DNA of 64,000 nucleotides from Candidatus Saccharimonadia bacterium (GCA_963717365.1 OY970327.1:331599-395598); one strand, 5' to 3'; counted from the first letter of the stretch, positions 40,698 through 49,971 are shown. Notes: generated by a model from the letters alone, not told the origin. A program made the numbers and translations.

Positions 40698-40726
40698 ATT
40701 ATAGAAGAGTCAGGTACAATTGCCAA
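40698..40726 (-). promoter_or_regulatory. Promoter of the purF-like gene (leaderless layout)
   Basis: Minus-strand TTGGCA (40726-40721), 17 nt, TATAAT (40703-40698), then 8 nt to ATG 40689. No SD. Confidence 0.6.
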
Positions 40727-40770
40727 GTTTGTTCTACTAGCGCAGGAAAGTCTGGATGCGTCGCAGCCAG

Positions 40771-41736
40771 CTACAAACCGGTAGTTACTAACATGCCGCT
40801 CATATAACTTTTGTGCTCCTCGACTTGGTCAACGCACTGGCTAGTTTGGTGATCGCTTTGACAAATACTTTCGTCAAGTTTTCTTAGAGCGACTGCCCTG
40901 AAACAGTCGTCAGATGCGGTACCTCGTGTTTGCTCTAATTCTAACGCTTTATTGCAAATAGACAGATCACCACGCATACCAGCTTGCTCGTTGTAACATT
41001 GATCCTGATCAACCACATCATCTTGCTGACTACACACGTTGGCATCTGCAAGATTATATCGTACAGCCAAGCTGCTAAAAAGTAATGATGGTTCATCGGC
41101 AGAAGTAAAGTTCACAGCATCGATATCAACACTACACGCACTATCATACTCGGCTGAGTAGTTTATGTTTTTAGCGGCAAAATGAATACCAACTCGATCG
41201 TCTTTTATGATGAACTCTCCTTGATTTTCATATTTTTCCAAGCTCCCGAGAGGACAGCCGGTTAGGTATTTTGTGGCGATGCTTACCGTGCCTGCCCACT
41301 CATGATTGGCAGTCTCAATCTTTCCGTTGGCCCTAACAATAAAATCCTGGCGATTTATCGGAATGATGCCACCGCAATCCAGCGTACAAGTTGCGTCTGT
41401 CTCTTTCTTGACCTTTTTCTGAAATTCAGATGATTGAGTAAGAATCAAATATTCGATTTTTTCGTCACCTGCTTGAATCGGAGATGCATAACACACATCG
41501 CCACTACCACCGCTAATAATTATTGGTTTATGCTTCTGCAGTTTCGGCAGTACAATTGCACAGTCAGTCCGCAATATCGTGTGGCTTAATATTCGCTCTG
41601 AACTTGAAGTTGCTTCCGATGGGTCATTTGAATTCTGCTGGCTGTGGACGTACCACCCCGCAAGGCCAACAAAACTAATAACTACAACAACTAATAAGCC
41701 GCCGATAACACCGAAGCCATTCTGGTTTTTATTCAT
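40771..41736 (-). CDS. Membrane-anchored Cys-rich extracytoplasmic hypothetical protein
   Basis: MNKNQNGFGVIGGLLVVVVISFVGLAGWYV is a signal-anchor, followed by many Cys residues. The track ORF extends to a TTG at 41754. Confidence 0.65.
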   Translation of the reverse strand: MNKNQNGFGVIGGLLVVVVISFVGLAGWYVHSQQNSNDPSEATSSSERILSHTILRTDCAIVLPKLQKHKPIIISGGSGDVCYASPIQAGDEKIEYLILTQSSEFQKKVKKETDATCTLDCGGIIPINRQDFIVRANGKIETANHEWAGTVSIATKYLTGCPLGSLEKYENQGEFIIKDDRVGIHFAAKNINYSAEYDSACSVDIDAVNFTSADEPSLLFSSLAVRYNLADANVCSQQDDVVDQDQCYNEQAGMRGDLSICNKALELEQTRGTASDDCFRAVALRKLDESICQSDHQTSQCVDQVEEHKSYMSGMLVTTGL

Positions 41737-41767
41737 AAGCACAGTATACAGCAAAGGTAGAACGATT

Positions 41768-42373
41768 CTAACGCAAGGCCAGCCAGAAATTGCTTACATC
41801 TGAATCGGATGAATTATTAAGTGATGCTAGAAATTCATTGGAGGGTACTTCAAGATACTGATGGTCATCATGGCCTTTATGGACTTCTCCGTTCTCAATG
41901 AAAAAACGTGTTCCCTCAGGTGAATGAACAACGATGATACAATCAATCTTCATATCGCTATATGTAGGTAATATCCGTTTTAAGTATTCTTTATCATGAA
42001 TGTAGTCGTGATGGAGTGCTTTTACCCACGCTAAAGTAGTGTCGTATTTTTCAATAGTTTTATTTATATCCTCACGTCTTAGAATATCTAATACCGCACG
42101 ATATTCACAATTATGGCAATCTGGCGAACCGAAGCCCTCTAACTCATAGTATTCTCTGCAGTATTTTTCAAAAACTATTTGATTACTAGGCTCAAAACCA
42201 CGTAAGCCAGATTTACCTTTTATATTTTGCGAGCATTCATAGCGCACTTTTTGATACTTAAAAGAGTCTGAACTACTTGGGTATCCAAAGTAAGCAACTG
42301 TTCCGACTACAGCCAGTATTAATAAGAGACATGCGATGATAATCTTTTTGTTGGCTTTTTTGAAGGTTCTCAT
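41768..42373 (-). CDS. Membrane-anchored hypothetical protein (201 aa)
   Basis: The N-terminal signal-anchor is KKIIIACLLLILAVVGTVAYFGY. The extracytoplasmic domain carries Cys pairs. Confidence 0.65.
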   Translation of the reverse strand: MRTFKKANKKIIIACLLLILAVVGTVAYFGYPSSSDSFKYQKVRYECSQNIKGKSGLRGFEPSNQIVFEKYCREYYELEGFGSPDCHNCEYRAVLDILRREDINKTIEKYDTTLAWVKALHHDYIHDKEYLKRILPTYSDMKIDCIIVVHSPEGTRFFIENGEVHKGHDDHQYLEVPSNEFLASLNNSSDSDVSNFWLALR

Positions 42374-42380
42374 CGTTATA

Positions 42381-42408
42381 ACTATATCAAAAGTTCTGAC
42401 GTCGACAA
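42381..42408 (-). promoter_or_regulatory. Promoter of the 201-aa/321-aa gene pair (leaderless layout)
   Basis: Minus-strand TTGTCG (42408-42403), 16 nt, TATAGT (42386-42381), then 7 nt to ATG 42373. Confidence 0.5.
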
Positions 42409-42420
42409 TGCTCTAATCTG

Positions 42421-42506
42421 TGGTGCAGGGTGGAGGATTCGAACCTCCGAAGGCATAAGCCGAGAGATTTACAGTCTCTTGTGTTTGACCGCTTCACTAA
42501 CCCTGC
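42421..42506 (-). tRNA. tRNA-Tyr (anticodon GTA), long variable arm, CCA encoded
   Basis: Manual cloverleaf: acceptor GCAGGGT/ACCCTGC, anticodon arm AGAGA-CTGTAAA-TCTCT, T arm GGAGG-TTCGAAT-CCTCC. Confidence 0.9.
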
Positions 42507-42538
42507 AAGATTGCTTACTTCACTCTTTTAGTTGTAAG

Positions 42539-42615
42539 TGGAGCCACCTGTCGGATTCGAACCGACGACCCTCTGTTTACAAAACAGATGCTCTAACCAA
42601 CTGAGCTAAGGTGGC
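42539..42615 (-). tRNA. tRNA-Thr (anticodon TGT), CCA encoded
   Basis: Manual cloverleaf: acceptor GCCACCT/AGGTGGC, anticodon arm TCTGT-TTTGTAA-ACAGA, T arm GTCGG-TTCGAAT-CCGAC. Confidence 0.9.
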
Positions 42616-42688
42616 AGTAGTGCTAACAGTAGTAAAGTGTATCAAATAACAGCGTAGATTGCCAGTTAAGCATAGATTGGAACAATTA

Positions 42689-42717
42689 TTGATATAGGTG
42701 CTATTAACAGGTATGAT
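42689..42717 (+). promoter_or_regulatory. Promoter of tRNA-Thr(GGT)-rpmG
   Basis: TTGATA (42689-42694), 17 nt, TATGAT (42712-42717). The tRNA starts 17 nt downstream. Confidence 0.55.
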
Positions 42718-42733
42718 AGAGACTGTATTTTAA

Positions 42734-42808
42734 GCCACCTTAGCTCAGGGGTAGAGCACATCCATGGTAAGGATGGGGTCGTGAGTTCAAATCTCACAGG
42801 TGGCTCCA
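42734..42808 (+). tRNA. tRNA-Thr (anticodon GGT), CCA encoded
   Basis: Manual cloverleaf: acceptor GCCACCT/AGGTGGC, anticodon arm CATCC-ATGGTAA-GGATG, T arm GTGAG-TTCAAAT-CTCAC. Confidence 0.9.
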
Positions 42809-42851
42809 CATGTATTTACAGCAGATAACAGATTTGATATAATAGAAAAAT

Positions 42852-43058
42852 ATGGCAAAGAAGACAGAGAAACGAAAATTGGTTGGTTTGGTTTGTGAAG
42901 AAACCGGCCACCGCACATACTACACCAAGAAGAATACTCAGAACACGCCCGATAAACTGCAGCTCCGCAAGTATAATCCATTGCTTCGTAAACACACGCT
43001 TTACGTTGAAACCAAGAAAAACCTTGGGCGCAACGAAGTAAAAGCCCGTAAAAAATAA
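42852..43058 (+). CDS. rpmG: 50S ribosomal protein L33 (bL33), non-zinc form with basic C-terminal extension
   Basis: ...TGHRTYYTKKNTQNTPDKLQLRKYNPLLRKHTLYVE.K is a bL33 sequence with a single Cys. Confidence 0.9.
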   Translation: MAKKTEKRKLVGLVCEETGHRTYYTKKNTQNTPDKLQLRKYNPLLRKHTLYVETKKNLGRNEVKARKK

Positions 43059-43074
43059 TTACATCAATATTGAT

Positions 43075-45039
43075 TTAAGCTTGGTTGGTAGTATCAAGCT
43101 TATCTTGAATGTGCGAGATATCAAGTACAGTATTTATGTATTCTGCGTGGCTCCAAACTAACGGCGTAACAGATAAGGGTGCGCTGGTTTCCGGGTTAAT
43201 CTGCTCGGGTAGTACTCCACTCTCTAAAGCTTTACTGGTAGTCCAGTTAAGAATACTACGAGCTTCATCAAATTTTCGGTAGCGAACATAGAATTGGGCT
43301 AACCAAAGTGTAGATATAATCCATGGGTTACCCAAATAAGTATCTGAGGTGCGGAAATAATTATCATGTTCATAGCGAGGAGCGCCGCCAGAAGGGGACT
43401 GGTTGTTAAATGATTGCTCGATTTCATTCATAGCAGCCGCAATGTCATGCTTGTCTTCGTCGTTATGGTAACCAAAAGTGATAATTCCATATAGACTTGA
43501 GAGGTCTAGCGTATTATCAAAGCCTAGTGAGCCTTCTGGACTTACCAGAAACCCTTTGCGGTATCCTGCACGATCTGGATTATTGAATGTTTGGCGACGA
43601 GCCAATAAACTAGCGGCCGTTTGGCGCCAGACTTCGGCTTGCTCAGTAGTGCCAAATTTTTCTGCAAAATCTGCTGCAACTAATAATGCGCGGTACACTG
43701 TTGCAGTCGTGTAGGTGCTACAGAGAAACTTTTCTTCCCACAGGTCATAACTGGCATGGGGAAGGCCAGTTGCTTCATCAATAAAGCTACAAAGAAAGTT
43801 AGTTGCCGGTATCACAAAACTGCTAAACATTTCGCGGGAAAAATCGTCATCTTGGCTATCATGATGGAATTCGCCAAGCATTATAATGACAATGGCTGTT
43901 TCATCCTCTTGAATAGCCAATTCCTTGCGGTTATTATGCAGCAACGGATGCCAGGTGCTGCCAATAGCTCTGTCTGGCTGGTATTTATGCATCAGATAAC
44001 CTGACTCAGTCATAATGTCATTACAAAAACGGAAAAAGGCCTTTGGTTCTTCGGTATAACCAAGACGGATAAGTGGCCAAATGGCGTAGGCGCCATCACG
44101 TGGCCAAACATAGCTATAATAGTCCCGGCCATAGTTATAGATACTACTGTCGCATGATGCAATTATGCCGCCACGGTCATCTGTGTGAACTTTTATGACC
44201 ATCAAGGATTTGTTTACCATTGCTTTATGTTCTTGGCTAACGTGAGATAGACGCTCGGCACCTGTGCTTAGCCAACGCTCCCAGTATCGTTTGTTCGATT
44301 CTAAGCGACTCGGTAATCCGATTTTTAATTGATCATGAATAATTTCATTATTGTATTGCGTATCGGATGCAACAATCCAGTAATCAATTGCCTGGCTGCT
44401 GTGAGGTTCTATTTCCAAAGAGAAGCGAATCACCGAATCAACTCCTCCATGTTCGACGTTGTGGCCAGATAATTCACCATCCTCGGCGTCTTTAAAGGTA
44501 CCTTGCTTGCCTTCAATGCCGTAATTGCCTACGGCGTATTCATCAAAGCCTTCACCACTATGATGCTTGCCGGCTATAAGTAGGCTGCAACGGCCTTTAT
44601 AATCAAGAATATAATGCGCTTCAGGTACGTACAGAGCAGTATCGGCTCGGCCAGCCCTGGAAATTTCAAAGACTTGATGCATAAATAGGCGGACAGACCG
44701 GCTTTGGTCGCCGTCATTGTGTACAGTTATAATCCGGCAGAAGGCATCAACTTCGTAATCGACAAAATCGGTAAACTTTAGAGTAATTTGCAGTTCTGGA
44801 TGCGCCAATGTAACATCACTCACCAGGGCTTCTGTGGAAAAATCAACGCGCGATTGCCAAATCTCGTCGTCGGTCCAGGAAAATTGTCCGTCAACCCAAA
44901 CTCCAATCTTATGATGGACGCTTCTTGCGGTCGTCAGGTTATCTAGGCCAACATAGGGGTAGTAGAAGTCGTGGACCATCCCACGCTCGTTTAAGCCGAC
45001 GGTTAAACGTCCATTACCAAGAATAACTGAACGTGCCAT
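43075..45039 (-). CDS. Glycoside hydrolase family 15 (glucoamylase/glucodextranase-like)
   Basis: 654 aa. The catalytic (alpha/alpha)6 domain has GH15-like signatures (...YSYVWPRDGAYA..., ...LWEE...). Confidence 0.8.
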   Translation of the reverse strand: MARSVILGNGRLTVGLNERGMVHDFYYPYVGLDNLTTARSVHHKIGVWVDGQFSWTDDEIWQSRVDFSTEALVSDVTLAHPELQITLKFTDFVDYEVDAFCRIITVHNDGDQSRSVRLFMHQVFEISRAGRADTALYVPEAHYILDYKGRCSLLIAGKHHSGEGFDEYAVGNYGIEGKQGTFKDAEDGELSGHNVEHGGVDSVIRFSLEIEPHSSQAIDYWIVASDTQYNNEIIHDQLKIGLPSRLESNKRYWERWLSTGAERLSHVSQEHKAMVNKSLMVIKVHTDDRGGIIASCDSSIYNYGRDYYSYVWPRDGAYAIWPLIRLGYTEEPKAFFRFCNDIMTESGYLMHKYQPDRAIGSTWHPLLHNNRKELAIQEDETAIVIIMLGEFHHDSQDDDFSREMFSSFVIPATNFLCSFIDEATGLPHASYDLWEEKFLCSTYTTATVYRALLVAADFAEKFGTTEQAEVWRQTAASLLARRQTFNNPDRAGYRKGFLVSPEGSLGFDNTLDLSSLYGIITFGYHNDEDKHDIAAAMNEIEQSFNNQSPSGGAPRYEHDNYFRTSDTYLGNPWIISTLWLAQFYVRYRKFDEARSILNWTTSKALESGVLPEQINPETSAPLSVTPLVWSHAEYINTVLDISHIQDKLDTTNQA

Positions 45040-46241
45040 TAAAATGCTCCCGATCTCAGGCGTAAATTATGCCAAGAATTCATGAAGTTAGTATATGCTT
45101 CGTACGGACTTTCGTATGGGCTGAAATAGGCATGAATATCCCCGTCACTAAACCACTTGGTGCACATATAATAAAAATGATCTGAGGTTTGCATACGGCG
45201 CCAATCTTCTATTAAAGCAAAGTCACCGCTTTTAATAATCGGGGTTTGCAGCTCGTACAGCGCTTTTATGGCTTGCTGCTGCATTGGGTTACCAAGCCAG
45301 GCCGATAAATCACGCTCCGTATCCGCCCAGGTAGTTGTTTGCTGTACATCAACCTGGTCGACCGGATGGAACGAATCGGCGGCTTCTGAGAGGGTCATAA
45401 AGGTATGTTCGGGGTTAGCTAGCCATTTTTCAGGCAAATGTCCTAGAAATTCAAAGATACCGGTGTCATCCCATTGATGTTCGCCAAACGTCTCGTAGTC
45501 CATAAACAAATTAAAGTTGGTAGCTTCGCCGGAGTTGCTCAGCCAATTTGTAAACTTATCAGCAGTTAACGGCCACTCTGACCAATCGTGGTTACTAAAA
45601 CGAAAGGCAATATCATCACTCAATTTATAATTTTTCATAAGTAGGCGAATATTGTTTGTGTAAGTGGGGCGGTACACAAAATTAGGGCTGCGCCAGCCAA
45701 GTACCGGATCCCAGCCCTCAGCCAAAATTGCTTTGTAGCCCGCTTGATCTGCCCAGTAAGCTAAGTCGTTGTTATAGCTAAGCTCTGTATTACGAAAAAC
45801 CTGAGGGGTTTGGCCGAATAATTCCTGCACTTTTTCACGGTGCATCGTCACCTGCATTTCAAATTCAGCCTGAGAATAAAAAAAGGCCAAGCTGTGATGG
45901 TATGTCTCGGCAACTATCTCTACTCGGCCGGTAGCCACTAATTCTTGAAAAGATTTTAAGGCGCCCGGAGCCCATTTTTGCAATTGCTCAAGTACCGTGC
46001 CAGTTATTGATAGACTTAACTTAAATTCTGGATGTTGTTGCAACAACTGCAATAGCTTTTGGTTGGTTGGAATATATGATTTTTGAGCTACTTTATGAAT
46101 AATTCGCTCATTACTAGTACGATCATCGTAATTGGTATCAAAATAATTTGAGTCGCTACCTGAATCAAAAATAGTATAGTGCCTTATACGGTATGGTTGG
46201 TGTACGTGAAGATAGAGTATTATAGCTTTTTGCTGGCTCAT
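45039..46241 (-). CDS. Glycoside hydrolase family 57 (alpha-amylase/glucan-processing)
   Basis: The N-terminus ...LYLHVHQPYR... and overall GH57-like sequence. Overlaps both neighbouring genes. Confidence 0.8.
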   Translation of the reverse strand: MSQQKAIILYLHVHQPYRIRHYTIFDSGSDSNYFDTNYDDRTSNERIIHKVAQKSYIPTNQKLLQLLQQHPEFKLSLSITGTVLEQLQKWAPGALKSFQELVATGRVEIVAETYHHSLAFFYSQAEFEMQVTMHREKVQELFGQTPQVFRNTELSYNNDLAYWADQAGYKAILAEGWDPVLGWRSPNFVYRPTYTNNIRLLMKNYKLSDDIAFRFSNHDWSEWPLTADKFTNWLSNSGEATNFNLFMDYETFGEHQWDDTGIFEFLGHLPEKWLANPEHTFMTLSEAADSFHPVDQVDVQQTTTWADTERDLSAWLGNPMQQQAIKALYELQTPIIKSGDFALIEDWRRMQTSDHFYYMCTKWFSDGDIHAYFSPYESPYEAYTNFMNSWHNLRLRSGAF

Positions 46242-47452
46242 ACGTACGTTAATTCTGCGTTTTTATGTTGATTATACACGTCAAACATTTTATCGGCTGA
46301 ATGGTTCCAACTTAATCGGCTGTATTCCTGAAGTGAGTTATTGTGCAGTTCATCACGCAATGCATCACTACGCAGTACACCCACGATTTGATTAGCCATT
46401 TCGTTAGTGTCCCAATAATCAACTTTTAGGCAGTTGTTGAGCACTTCTGCCACGCCGGATTGACGGCTAATCAGGGCAGGGGTGCCATAGCCAATTGCTT
46501 CTAAGGGAGTTAAGCCAAATGGTTCTGACACCGATGGCATCACAAACAGGTCGGCTACACTGTAGGCATCACGGTATTTTTTGCCACGCTGAAAGTCGGT
46601 AAAGACAACATTCTGAGATATGCCCAACTGGGCGGACAAGCCAATTAATTCGTAATACTGTTCGCCTGATCCAACAATTAATAACAGTGACTTTGGCTGA
46701 TGCGCTACAACTTCTTTAAATGCTACTAATAAATTAGGCAAACCTTTTTGGATTGTTAACCGTCCCACGCTTGCTACAACTTTATAGCCTTTTTGCTTCA
46801 TTTGTTCAAGATAATCGTAGGCGTTGTAACCTGCTTCTGCTATCAGGGAGCTGGCATCGAAGCTGTTATGCACTACATCGATCTTATCGGCAGGAATATC
46901 ATATTCACGGATGATAGCTTTTTTGGTGTGGTTACTAACTGCAATAATTTTGTCAGCAATCAACATAGAGGTAGCTTCAATTTCACGAACCATTGGATTG
47001 CCGCCATGTTCTACGCCAGCCCTGTCGGCTTCTATAGAGTGGATGTGCACTATCAGGGGCTTACCGGTAAGTTCTTTTGCCCGGAGGGCTGCCCGACAGG
47101 TTAGCCAGTCATGGGCGTGAATAACGTTAAATTCAGCCAGCTTAACAATCCGCTCAACGGCTTTTTCATAAATAGCGCTTTGACCGAATATATCGATATA
47201 TTCAACTTCGCCGGTTTTTTTGACGTATTTAAAGCTATCATAGGCTATACCAGCTTTCATAACCGACTCAACATCTTGCGGATGAGCCGCATTAATACTC
47301 ATAAAATCTATGTTGTGTTCGGCAGTGTAGGGAAGCACAAATTCAATGTCGACGCCTTTTTTAGAGAGTGCTTTGCAAAGCTGGTAACAGGCCACGCCCA
47401 ATCCACCACTGTTATGTGGGGGTAATTCCCATCCAAGCATCAACACTTTCAC
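46238..47452 (-). CDS. Glycosyltransferase (GT4/GT5-like, glycogen/alpha-glucan synthase-like)
   Basis: The N-terminus MKVLMLGWELPPHNSGGLGVA and the C-terminal ...PSVSEPFGLTPLEA... motif. GTG start with GAGG SD. Confidence 0.82.
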   Translation of the reverse strand: MKVLMLGWELPPHNSGGLGVACYQLCKALSKKGVDIEFVLPYTAEHNIDFMSINAAHPQDVESVMKAGIAYDSFKYVKKTGEVEYIDIFGQSAIYEKAVERIVKLAEFNVIHAHDWLTCRAALRAKELTGKPLIVHIHSIEADRAGVEHGGNPMVREIEATSMLIADKIIAVSNHTKKAIIREYDIPADKIDVVHNSFDASSLIAEAGYNAYDYLEQMKQKGYKVVASVGRLTIQKGLPNLLVAFKEVVAHQPKSLLLIVGSGEQYYELIGLSAQLGISQNVVFTDFQRGKKYRDAYSVADLFVMPSVSEPFGLTPLEAIGYGTPALISRQSGVAEVLNNCLKVDYWDTNEMANQIVGVLRSDALRDELHNNSLQEYSRLSWNHSADKMFDVYNQHKNAELTYV

Positions 47453-47498
47453 TGTTTCACAGCCTCGTTTATTTTTGAACTATGTTTCTGTCTACTTT

Positions 47499-47527
47499 AG
47501 TATAAGCATTAACGGAGTAGAATTCAA
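47499..47527 (-). promoter_or_regulatory. Promoter of the GT-GH57-GH15 operon
   Basis: Minus-strand TTGAAT (47527-47522), 17 nt, TATACT (47504-47499). Confidence 0.5.
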
Positions 47528-47588
47528 CTGCGCTAATGATTAAAATAAAACAGACCAAGCGGTGCTTAACGTGTCTTCACTAGGTGTC

Positions 47589-48224
47589 TCAATAAATGTA
47601 GCTATAGCCGCGAGCAGCAACTGTTCTTTCGCTTATTTTTCCAAGACCTACGAAATTCATTTCGCTAATATGTATCGTGCCATTGGAGTTAACTTTTTCA
47701 ACATATACAACATGCATTCCTTGCTGTGCAATCGCACCAGCTTTTGGTTCTGTTCCGGTAGATATTCCCTGGGCTTTAGCACGAACCGTCCATTGATTGG
47801 CGTTTCCAAGCGTATTTGGCAAGTCAGGGCGTTTGCTTTTTGCGTACCACGTGCAATTCCCGGCAGTATACGCGTTACCAGAGAATGCGATAGATTTTAC
47901 AGTTACCACAGCCACAGGTGGAGACGCGGGTACAGGAGCCGGTTGTGGTTTAGCAACTTCAACCGACTTGGCCAGCTGTTGGATATAAACATTCTTAATG
48001 GTATCTATGTTTGGCGGTAGCGAAGAGTTACTGCTTGGCTGTATAAATCTTATAGGATTTAAACTATACGTGATATTTTTATCGGCAAATGCAAAAAAAG
48101 ACAATGTCACATACAAACTGCCTGAAATACAACATGTCACAGTCCACTTGACTAATAACGAGCGGACGTTATGTATCGCTTCCCAAATCCAAACAATATT
48201 CAGACGAATATCCCTGACATTCAT
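47589..48224 (-). CDS. Membrane-anchored CHAP-domain peptidoglycan hydrolase
   Basis: An N-terminal TM helix and a P-rich linker precede a CHAP core with the nucleophile ...GNCTWYAKSKRP... and ...GMHVVYVEKV... (His). Confidence 0.8.
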   Translation of the reverse strand: MNVRDIRLNIVWIWEAIHNVRSLLVKWTVTCCISGSLYVTLSFFAFADKNITYSLNPIRFIQPSSNSSLPPNIDTIKNVYIQQLAKSVEVAKPQPAPVPASPPVAVVTVKSIAFSGNAYTAGNCTWYAKSKRPDLPNTLGNANQWTVRAKAQGISTGTEPKAGAIAQQGMHVVYVEKVNSNGTIHISEMNFVGLGKISERTVAARGYSYIY

Positions 48225-48358
48225 ATCACAATGGTCACCCTAAACTACAGGAGACATCGAGAATTCAACAGGATTGAATGCATGTCGACTGTGGCATCAC
48301 CATACGACTGTCTGATTTAGTTGTCTATTAAAAATTTAACTTGAGAGACAAATTAAAA

Positions 48359-49882
48359 TTATTTAAACTTGGCTTCAAACTGATCGTGCGTCAAAATGTC
48401 GGTAATTACCACCGAACCATCAATTATTGCATAGCAAATTCGATAACTGGCCGCTTCGCGGGATATATTTGGTCCACCCTGAGCATTATTAGATTTGTAG
48501 CGTCTTAATCGAGCTTTCTTGCCATCAATAATGACGCGGCCCTTACTGCTTAAGATCATTCTGCTTGAATGGTCTAACGGGTTTTCGTTAATTGCTTGGA
48601 TACAAACAATTATATCGGAGACGAGGTGTTCTTTCACGCGTGAAGCAACATGACTTGCAAGACTATTGTCTTTGTCAACCGTTTCTTTGGTAAGTGTAGA
48701 AGTTGCAGTATTCTTAGTGAAATAAAGCGGTTTATTTGTGCGGTCATACCGTTCGTTTACAGCTACAACTTTTTTGATACGCGGAGGGCGAATTGATGAT
48801 CTGCTTCCACCATTGCTTTTTCGTCTTTTTTGTCGATTTTCTGAGACATCAAAGCGAATTCTCTGTTTAAATTCGGTTAACTCTTCAGGGGATACTGACA
48901 GCCTGGGATTGTCAGCAGTTACTGGGCCAGCAATCCTGTCCATGGCGAGGTTAAGGACTGTTAACTTCTGGCTTTGATAGGTTGCTAGTAAATTCTCGAT
49001 GTCTTCAAACGTATGCCACGAATTACGGTTACGCAAGAGCACTGCACGCAAAGCTTCAGGCGATTCTGGTGTTGCAGAGTCTACTAATGCAAAGCGGGCC
49101 ATATCCTGTATGGTGGCCATCTTTTTATCACCTTCAGTACCAACGATATTATCAATAAATTCCTCTAAAAATGCATTCGGATCAGTCTTAATTGAAGCCA
49201 TCATGGCTCGAAGTCTGCTGGTTTCAACTCCTTTTGCATGCCAGTCCGTTCTTATTACTTCCCGCAATTCTAAGAAATCTGGATTAACTAAATCAGCTCC
49301 ATCGCTATAAAGATCGTCTAAGGCAGAAATACTGTTTGGCGAACTAACTAGTTCGCTAGCAAGGTCTGCCAGAATGCTATTGGCTTTTCTGTCAGCTTCA
49401 TTGATAGCAAGCCGCATGGTACTTGCTGCATGCACACAAGTTTCCATCAGACCGTCTTTTTGCATGGCAATGTAGGTAAGTTCTGTCGGTAAATCATCAG
49501 TGATCGTTTTTACCATATTCATTGAACTATGTATGAGTGGACCAGGTGATGTAGCTCGGGCTGCAAGGAAGGTGACGGATGCTAAATCTGTAATGGCTTG
49601 AGCAGAGATTGATCGCTCTCGATTTTCCGGCATGTGCTCATTCCTAGAGGTTGCCAAATTCCGAATACTTTCGCGCGCAATTTCCTGTGCGGTATCTCCT
49701 TGAATTTCTTCAACAACCGATGACACCTCGTTCCAGTACATGGCAGATGCCTGCAGGGCACCCTTATGGCTAGCAACAAACTCAAGGGGAAGTAGTTCTT
49801 CCGGTTGTTCCCGCTCATCGGTCTGTAACCTTTCAGTCGCAGTAGATGGCTCGTGTTCAGCTTTCCGTCTCAAGAATTTCAT
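48359..49882 (-). CDS. Hypothetical protein (507 aa) with C-terminal RelE/ParE-like domain
   Basis: The last roughly 100 aa (...VKEHLVSDIIVCIQAINENPLD...ARLRRYKS...SYRICYAIIDGSVVITDILTHDQ) follow the helix-helix-beta pattern and the YR[IL].Y..D...V.I..I motif of RelE/ParE toxins. This is resemblance judged by eye only. Confidence 0.65.
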   Translation of the reverse strand: MKFLRRKAEHEPSTATERLQTDEREQPEELLPLEFVASHKGALQASAMYWNEVSSVVEEIQGDTAQEIARESIRNLATSRNEHMPENRERSISAQAITDLASVTFLAARATSPGPLIHSSMNMVKTITDDLPTELTYIAMQKDGLMETCVHAASTMRLAINEADRKANSILADLASELVSSPNSISALDDLYSDGADLVNPDFLELREVIRTDWHAKGVETSRLRAMMASIKTDPNAFLEEFIDNIVGTEGDKKMATIQDMARFALVDSATPESPEALRAVLLRNRNSWHTFEDIENLLATYQSQKLTVLNLAMDRIAGPVTADNPRLSVSPEELTEFKQRIRFDVSENRQKRRKSNGGSRSSIRPPRIKKVVAVNERYDRTNKPLYFTKNTATSTLTKETVDKDNSLASHVASRVKEHLVSDIIVCIQAINENPLDHSSRMILSSKGRVIIDGKKARLRRYKSNNAQGGPNISREAASYRICYAIIDGSVVITDILTHDQFEAKFK

Positions 49883-49893
49883 AAGTAAAATTT

Positions 49894-49922
49894 ACATTAA
49901 CATAGAATAATGGATATGTCAA
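49894..49922 (-). promoter_or_regulatory. Promoter of the 507-aa gene
   Basis: Minus-strand TTGACA (49922-49917), 17 nt, TAATGT (49899-49894), then 11 nt to ATG 49882. No SD. Confidence 0.55.
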
Positions 49923-49971
49923 TTACGTAATGGTTGCTTATATTTCTTACATCAGCAGCAACCAATGATGT

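Noticed and set aside
42787-42981. 64-aa minus-strand ORF
   Set aside because: It overlaps the 3' end of tRNA-Thr(GGT) and is antisense to the well-supported rpmG.
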